A DNA stretch of 32,000 nt, taken from positions 4,920,001-4,952,000 of the forward strand of contig NC_009483.1 of assembly GCF_000016745.1 (NCBI RefSeq). The letters run 5' to 3'. Position numbers and translations under genes: made by a program. This DNA comes from Geotalea uraniireducens Rf4 (lineage in GTDB: Bacteria; Desulfobacterota; Desulfuromonadia; Geobacterales; Geobacteraceae). Each line of letters starts with the position of its first letter. Position 1 is the stretch's first letter. This document shows positions 27,909 to 32,000 of the stretch, one piece after another. Below the pieces are notes generated by a model. That model had not been told where the DNA came from, did no database searches, and saw only the letters and a list, made by a program, of their open reading frames with translations.

Positions 27909-29003
27909 ATGAATCTCAATTCAGCCGGTACTGGAATTATGCTGCGAACGATAATGGATAATATAAACGCCGGACTCCCGATTACCAGCGATGAAGCTCT
28001 CTGGCTCCTGACCGGGGCCAACCTTCTGGCGGTCGGCAAGCTCGCCGACGGCATCCGCCGTCGCTTGCACCCCGATGGCCGGGTGACCTTCGTGGTGGAC
28101 AGAAACGTCAACTATACCAATGTCTGCGAGTCAAAGTGCCGATTCTGCGCTTTTTACCGTGATGAGGGCGCCACAGACGCTTATCTGCTCGACAACGACG
28201 CCATATTCGCCAAGATTGCCGAGCTCGTGGCGCAGGGAGGGACTCAACTCCTCATGCAGGGGGGGCTTCACCCCCATCTCGGCATCGAGTTTTTCGAAGA
28301 GCTCTTCCGCGGCATCAAAGCGCGCTTCCCCCAGGTGCAGAATCACTCCCTGTCGCCGGCAGAGGTGACCCAGGTTGCCAGGATCTCCGGCCTGACGATT
28401 CCCGAGACCCTGCGGCGGCTGAAAAACTCCGGTCTCGACTCCATCCCCGGCGGTGGTGCGGAAATCCTCGTTGACAGCGTGCGCCGGGAAATTTCGCCAA
28501 AGAAGATAGGCTGGCAGGGATGGGCGACGGTAATGCGGGAAGCGGCAAAATTGGGAATGCCGACCACGGCGACCATGATGTTCGGCAGCTGCGAACGACC
28601 GGAGGACATCATCGAGCACCTGTTCCGGGTCAGAGCACTTCAAGCCGAAGGGGGAACCTTTACCGCCTTCATCCCCTGGACCTACCAGCCGGGAAATACC
28701 GAACTGGGGGGGACCACAGCCAGCGGCGTGGAATATCTCAAGGTGCTCGCCCTGTCCCGCATCGTTCTGGACAACATCGCCAATGTCCAGGCCAGTTGGG
28801 TGACCCAAGGGGCAAAGATGGCCCAGGTGGCCCTCTTTTTCGGCGCCAACGACCTGGGAGGAACCATGCTGGAAGAAAACGTCGTGGCTGCGGCGGGCTG
28901 CACCTTTCGCATGTCCCGAGACGAGATGATCGATCTGATCCGCGGCGCCGGCTTCAGCCCGGCGCGGCGCACCACCACCTACGAGATATTGGAAGAGTAC
29001 TAA
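27909..29003 (+). CDS. mqnC: Radical SAM cyclic dehypoxanthinyl futalosine synthase
   Basis: The radical SAM motif is CESKCRFCAF. The preceding VTFVVDRNVNYTNVC block is MqnC-like. It is a paralog of the preceding gene. The start is uncertain, with ATGs at 27909, 27939 and 27954. Confidence 0.7.
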   Translation: MNLNSAGTGIMLRTIMDNINAGLPITSDEALWLLTGANLLAVGKLADGIRRRLHPDGRVTFVVDRNVNYTNVCESKCRFCAFYRDEGATDAYLLDNDAIFAKIAELVAQGGTQLLMQGGLHPHLGIEFFEELFRGIKARFPQVQNHSLSPAEVTQVARISGLTIPETLRRLKNSGLDSIPGGGAEILVDSVRREISPKKIGWQGWATVMREAAKLGMPTTATMMFGSCERPEDIIEHLFRVRALQAEGGTFTAFIPWTYQPGNTELGGTTASGVEYLKVLALSRIVLDNIANVQASWVTQGAKMAQVALFFGANDLGGTMLEENVVAAAGCTFRMSRDEMIDLIRGAGFSPARRTTTYEILEEY

Positions 29004-29021
29004 TCAATAAACGGAGTTGCC

Positions 29022-30065
29022 ATGATTCCCTTACGGAAGAACATTGCCAGGATGGCCGGCTACGTTCCGGGCTACCAGCCGGAGGACCCGGCAGCATATA
29101 TCAAACTCAATACCAATGAAAATGCCTACCCTCCGTCGCCAAAGGTGCTGGAGGCTATCATGGCAGAGGTCGGTGAGGGGCTGAGGCGTTATCCCGATGC
29201 CGCCAGCCGGGCCGGTCGCGAGGCGGCAGCGCGACTCTACGGATTTCTCCCTGAATGGATCGTCATGGCCAACGGCTCAGATGAGGTACTGAACAATCTG
29301 ATCAGGGCATTCGCCGACGAAGGGGATGAGATCGCCTATGTTTATCCGTCTTACTCCTACTATGCAACGCTGGCGGAAATACAGGGAGCACGGGTCAAGA
29401 CTTACGGCCTGACCGATGACTGGAAACTGGCCAATTTCCCTGAGCGCTACGACGGCAAGATCTTTTTCCTCACCAATCCTAACGCTCCCTATGGTTTCAC
29501 CTTCAGCCGGGAATTCATCGAAGAGCTGGCTGGACGGGTTGCAGGGATGTTGGTAGTGGATGAAACGTACGCTGATTTTGCCGGCGACACCGCCCTCGAT
29601 CTGGTGCGCAAATATGAAAACGTCGTCGTGACGCGCACCCTTTCCAAAAGTTATTCCCTGGCGGGAATGCGCCTCGGCTTGGCAGTGGCACGACCGGAAG
29701 TGATCGCCGCCCTCGACAAGATCCGTGATCATTACAACCTTGATCGCCTCGCACAGGCAGCGGCAGTGGCTGCGTTAGGCGATCAGGATTATTTTCGCGA
29801 AGCTGTGCGAAAAATCTGTGAAACCCGCGACTGGTTCAGCGCAGAGTTGCGCAAATTGAGGTATTCCGTCATTCCTTCGAGTGGCAACTACGTCTTCACC
29901 ACGCCTCCGGATCGGGATGGCGCAAGGGTTTACCAAGGTTTGTTCGACCGGAAAATACTGGTGCGCCACTTTTCCGACCCTAATCTTGCGCACGGCCTGC
30001 GCATCTCCATCGGAACCCGTGAAGAAATGGAAAAAACAATGGAAGCCCTGCGCGAAATCGGTTGA
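29022..30065 (+). CDS. hisC: Histidinol-phosphate aminotransferase
   Basis: 347 aa with the motifs [12 protein letters not shown] and [14 protein letters not shown] (PLP-Lys), which are typical of HisC. Confidence 0.88.
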   Translation: MIPLRKNIARMAGYVPGYQPEDPAAYIKLNTNENAYPPSPKVLEAIMAEVGEGLRRYPDAASRAGREAAARLYGFLPEWIVMANGSDEVLNNLIRAFADEGDEIAYVYPSYSYYATLAEIQGARVKTYGLTDDWKLANFPERYDGKIFFLTNPNAPYGFTFSREFIEELAGRVAGMLVVDETYADFAGDTALDLVRKYENVVVTRTLSKSYSLAGMRLGLAVARPEVIAALDKIRDHYNLDRLAQAAAVAALGDQDYFREAVRKICETRDWFSAELRKLRYSVIPSSGNYVFTTPPDRDGARVYQGLFDRKILVRHFSDPNLAHGLRISIGTREEMEKTMEALREIG

Positions 30066-31291
30066 CCTTGCGCGCAGTTGATTTATTTTCACCATCAGCA
30101 AGCATTTTCAGATGCGGAACGGCGGATTTTTTGCAAAAGCAAACGAATAAATACCAACAAGAGTCAACTGACATAATTGAAGACCAGCAAGCGTTGAACC
30201 GCCTCGTGGAACGACTCAACACCGAAACAACCCTTGCCTTTGACCTGGAAGCGGATTCGCTCCATCACTACACGGAAAAGGTCTGCCTGATCCAGGTCTC
30301 GACAAATTCGGAAACAGCCCTCATCGATCCGCTTGCCCCCCTGGATCTCTCCCCGCTCGCGCCTATTCTGGCAAATCCTGCCGTCCGCAAGGTTTTTCAC
30401 GGTGCGGATTATGATATGCGTTCACTCTACCGTGATTTCGGCTTCGAAGTACGCAATCTCTTTGACACCATGATTGCCAGCCAATTCCTCGGCGAAAAGG
30501 AAGTCGGGCTTGCCGCAGCATTGAAAAAAAGATTCGGTGTAGAGCTGGACAAGAAATATCAGAAGGCGGACTGGAGCAAGCGCCCTTTTTCTCCGCAGAT
30601 GATCGAGTACGCCATGAAGGACACCTCGCTCCTCATCAAGCTTTACCTGCAACTGGAGGATGAACTGCGCGCAAAGGGGAGACTTGCCTGGGTAGAAGAG
30701 GAATCGGAAATCGTTTCCTGCGTCAGGGCTGCGTCACGGGACAATGAACCGCTCTTCCTCCGCTTTAAGGGAGCGGCGAAGCTGAAGCCCAGATCGCTTG
30801 CCGTGCTGGAGAAACTGCTGCTTTTCAGGGACGAGCGGGCCAGAAAAAGAGATGTCCCCCCGTTCAGGATTCTTGGCAACGAGCCTCTTCGCGAACTGGC
30901 GGAACTTCTACCGCGCACAGCCGCAGATCTGACCGGCATACCCGGCATATCGCAGAAACTCATCGATACGTACGGCCGGGAGATACTTAACGTCGTTGCA
31001 CAAGGATTGTCGATTCCTGCCGAGAAACTGCCGCATTATCCTACTGTGCAACGGGTGATAAAGGATCGTTATCAGGAAGAACGCCTGAAACGGCTCAAGG
31101 AGTGGAGAGAAGGCAAGGGGGCGGCGTTGGGGCTAAGCGTGGGGATTATTGCAAATAACAGCCTGCTCGAAGCTTTGTCGGAAGCCGCTCCCGATAGCCT
31201 GGAGAAGCTGGCGGGCATTCCAGGCTTAAAGCGCTGGCAAAAGCAGGAATTCGGCGCCGAACTACTGGATTTGCTCAAAAACGTTTCATAA
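30062..31291 (+). CDS. rnd: Ribonuclease D (DEDDy 3'-5' exonuclease with HRDC domain)
   Basis: The motifs [21 protein letters not shown] and EYAMKDT form the DEDDy set, and an HRDC-like region ([29 protein letters not shown]) follows. The start is uncertain. The TTG at 30062 overlaps the hisC stop, an in-frame TTG at 30131 is an alternative, and there is no in-frame ATG before the catalytic domain. Confidence 0.82.
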   Translation: MTLRAVDLFSPSASIFRCGTADFLQKQTNKYQQESTDIIEDQQALNRLVERLNTETTLAFDLEADSLHHYTEKVCLIQVSTNSETALIDPLAPLDLSPLAPILANPAVRKVFHGADYDMRSLYRDFGFEVRNLFDTMIASQFLGEKEVGLAAALKKRFGVELDKKYQKADWSKRPFSPQMIEYAMKDTSLLIKLYLQLEDELRAKGRLAWVEEESEIVSCVRAASRDNEPLFLRFKGAAKLKPRSLAVLEKLLLFRDERARKRDVPPFRILGNEPLRELAELLPRTAADLTGIPGISQKLIDTYGREILNVVAQGLSIPAEKLPHYPTVQRVIKDRYQEERLKRLKEWREGKGAALGLSVGIIANNSLLEALSEAAPDSLEKLAGIPGLKRWQKQEFGAELLDLLKNVS

Positions 31292-31292
31292 T

Positions 31293-32000
31293 TTACGGAG
31301 AAGTTTTTTCCTTCTCGCTTTCATCACTGCCGAACAGGAAATCAAATTCATCCATTGATACCCCCCCCTGCTCCGGAATTACACTTTTTGCCGTCTTGGC
31401 AGGGGCGAGGTTTTCTTCCTGAGCAAAAAAGTCTTCCATTTCAAACTCATCCTGGGCAGCGTCAAATGAAACGGGGGTACTCTCCTTCGTATCAGCAACT
31501 GCCGCCTTTTCCACAAAACCCTCGAACTCCAGGGTTGCTCCTCCACCGATAGCTGTCGCAAACGGGGTTTCAAGTGATGAGTTTGATTCAAGGAGATCGG
31601 CAAAGCTCTCCTCAACAGATGGCTGGACGGCTGAAAGCGCAGCGGCCTGCTGGCTTGACTCTTTTGCCACTTCTTCGAAGGAAAATTCTCCAAATGAATC
31701 TGTCGGGGATTCTTCTCCGAAAGAAAATAACCCTGCATCATCTTTTTCACCCTGAACTGAACCCATGTCAAGGCCCGGAATCGATTCCTCCTGCTTCGGA
31801 GACTCTTCCGCCAAGGACTCATCCCAGCTGAACGAGTTATCTTCGACTAGCGGCTCTGCGATGTTTTCAGGAACTGGTTGCTCCAGTATCGAGCTAGCAA
31901 TTGTAAAACCCATTGCGGGAGCTTCAGCCGCTTTCGCCATAAAAGGAAGAATTACCGGACGGATGCCGAGGGATTCCTTGAATGCAACGAGATCAATGCT
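31293..32000 (-). CDS. Highly acidic low-complexity protein, 5'-partial (continues past the window end)
   Basis: The track calls 31293..31940 from an internal Met. The frame stays open through 32000 (SIDLVAFKESLGIRPVILPF-MAKAAE...), so the gene very likely starts outside the window. By my hand count the visible 215 residues have about 49 D/E, about 10 K and no R. Confidence 0.6.
   Translation of the reverse strand, partial: SIDLVAFKESLGIRPVILPFMAKAAEAPAMGFTIASSILEQPVPENIAEPLVEDNSFSWDESLAEESPKQEESIPGLDMGSVQGEKDDAGLFSFGEESPTDSFGEFSFEEVAKESSQQAAALSAVQPSVEESFADLLESNSSLETPFATAIGGGATLEFEGFVEKAAVADTKESTPVSFDAAQDEFEMEDFFAQEENLAPAKTAKSVIPEQGGVSMDEFDFLFGSDESEKEKTSP

Overview
This window looks like ordinary chromosome from a Geobacteraceae-type (Desulfuromonadales) bacterium. 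That attribution is an inference from protein sequences and gene order, and I ran no search. I saw no CRISPR array, transposase, integrase or recognisable defence system.

Layout, left to right:
- 203-6158 (+): F1Fo ATP synthase operon in the order b-prime, b, delta, alpha, gamma, beta, epsilon. The a and c subunit genes are not in the window. A REP-like compound palindrome sits in the atpD-atpC spacer, and two hairpin terminators follow atpC.
- 6284-10101: small housekeeping or poorly characterised genes, namely a YkgJ-type Cys-cluster protein, a hypothetical protein, a stand-alone HD hydrolase, pdxA and mtgA.
- 10362-13080 (+): a response regulator with an HD-GYP domain followed by a PAS hybrid histidine kinase.
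- 13070-14074 (-): a ThiI-like PP-loop ATPase.
- 14250-16993 (+): a GspE/PilB-like protein followed 14 nt later by a canonical pilT. The first protein keeps MshEN c-di-GMP-binding motifs and the tetracysteine motif but has lost the Walker A, Walker B-Glu and His-box signatures.
- 17015-22417 (-): a translationally coupled five-gene operon encoding a polyprenyl-phosphate-type GT2, an NDP-hexose 2,3-dehydratase, a Gfo/Idh/MocA reductase, a DegT aminotransferase and a SAM methyltransferase. I predict it makes a lipid-carrier-linked methylated amino-deoxyhexose.
- 22612-23596: about 1 kb of low-GC, gene-poor DNA abutting the 3' end of tRNA-Pro(CGG) at 23597-23673 (-).
- 23813-29003 (+): a futalosine-pathway menaquinone cluster (UbiD-like, UbiA-like, UbiX, MqnE, MqnC).
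- 29022-32000: hisC, rnd, and a partial gene for a very acidic protein that runs off the window.

The two loci I consider most worth follow-up are the deoxy-aminosugar operon and the pseudo-ATPase/PilT pair. Both are hypotheses from sequence reading only.
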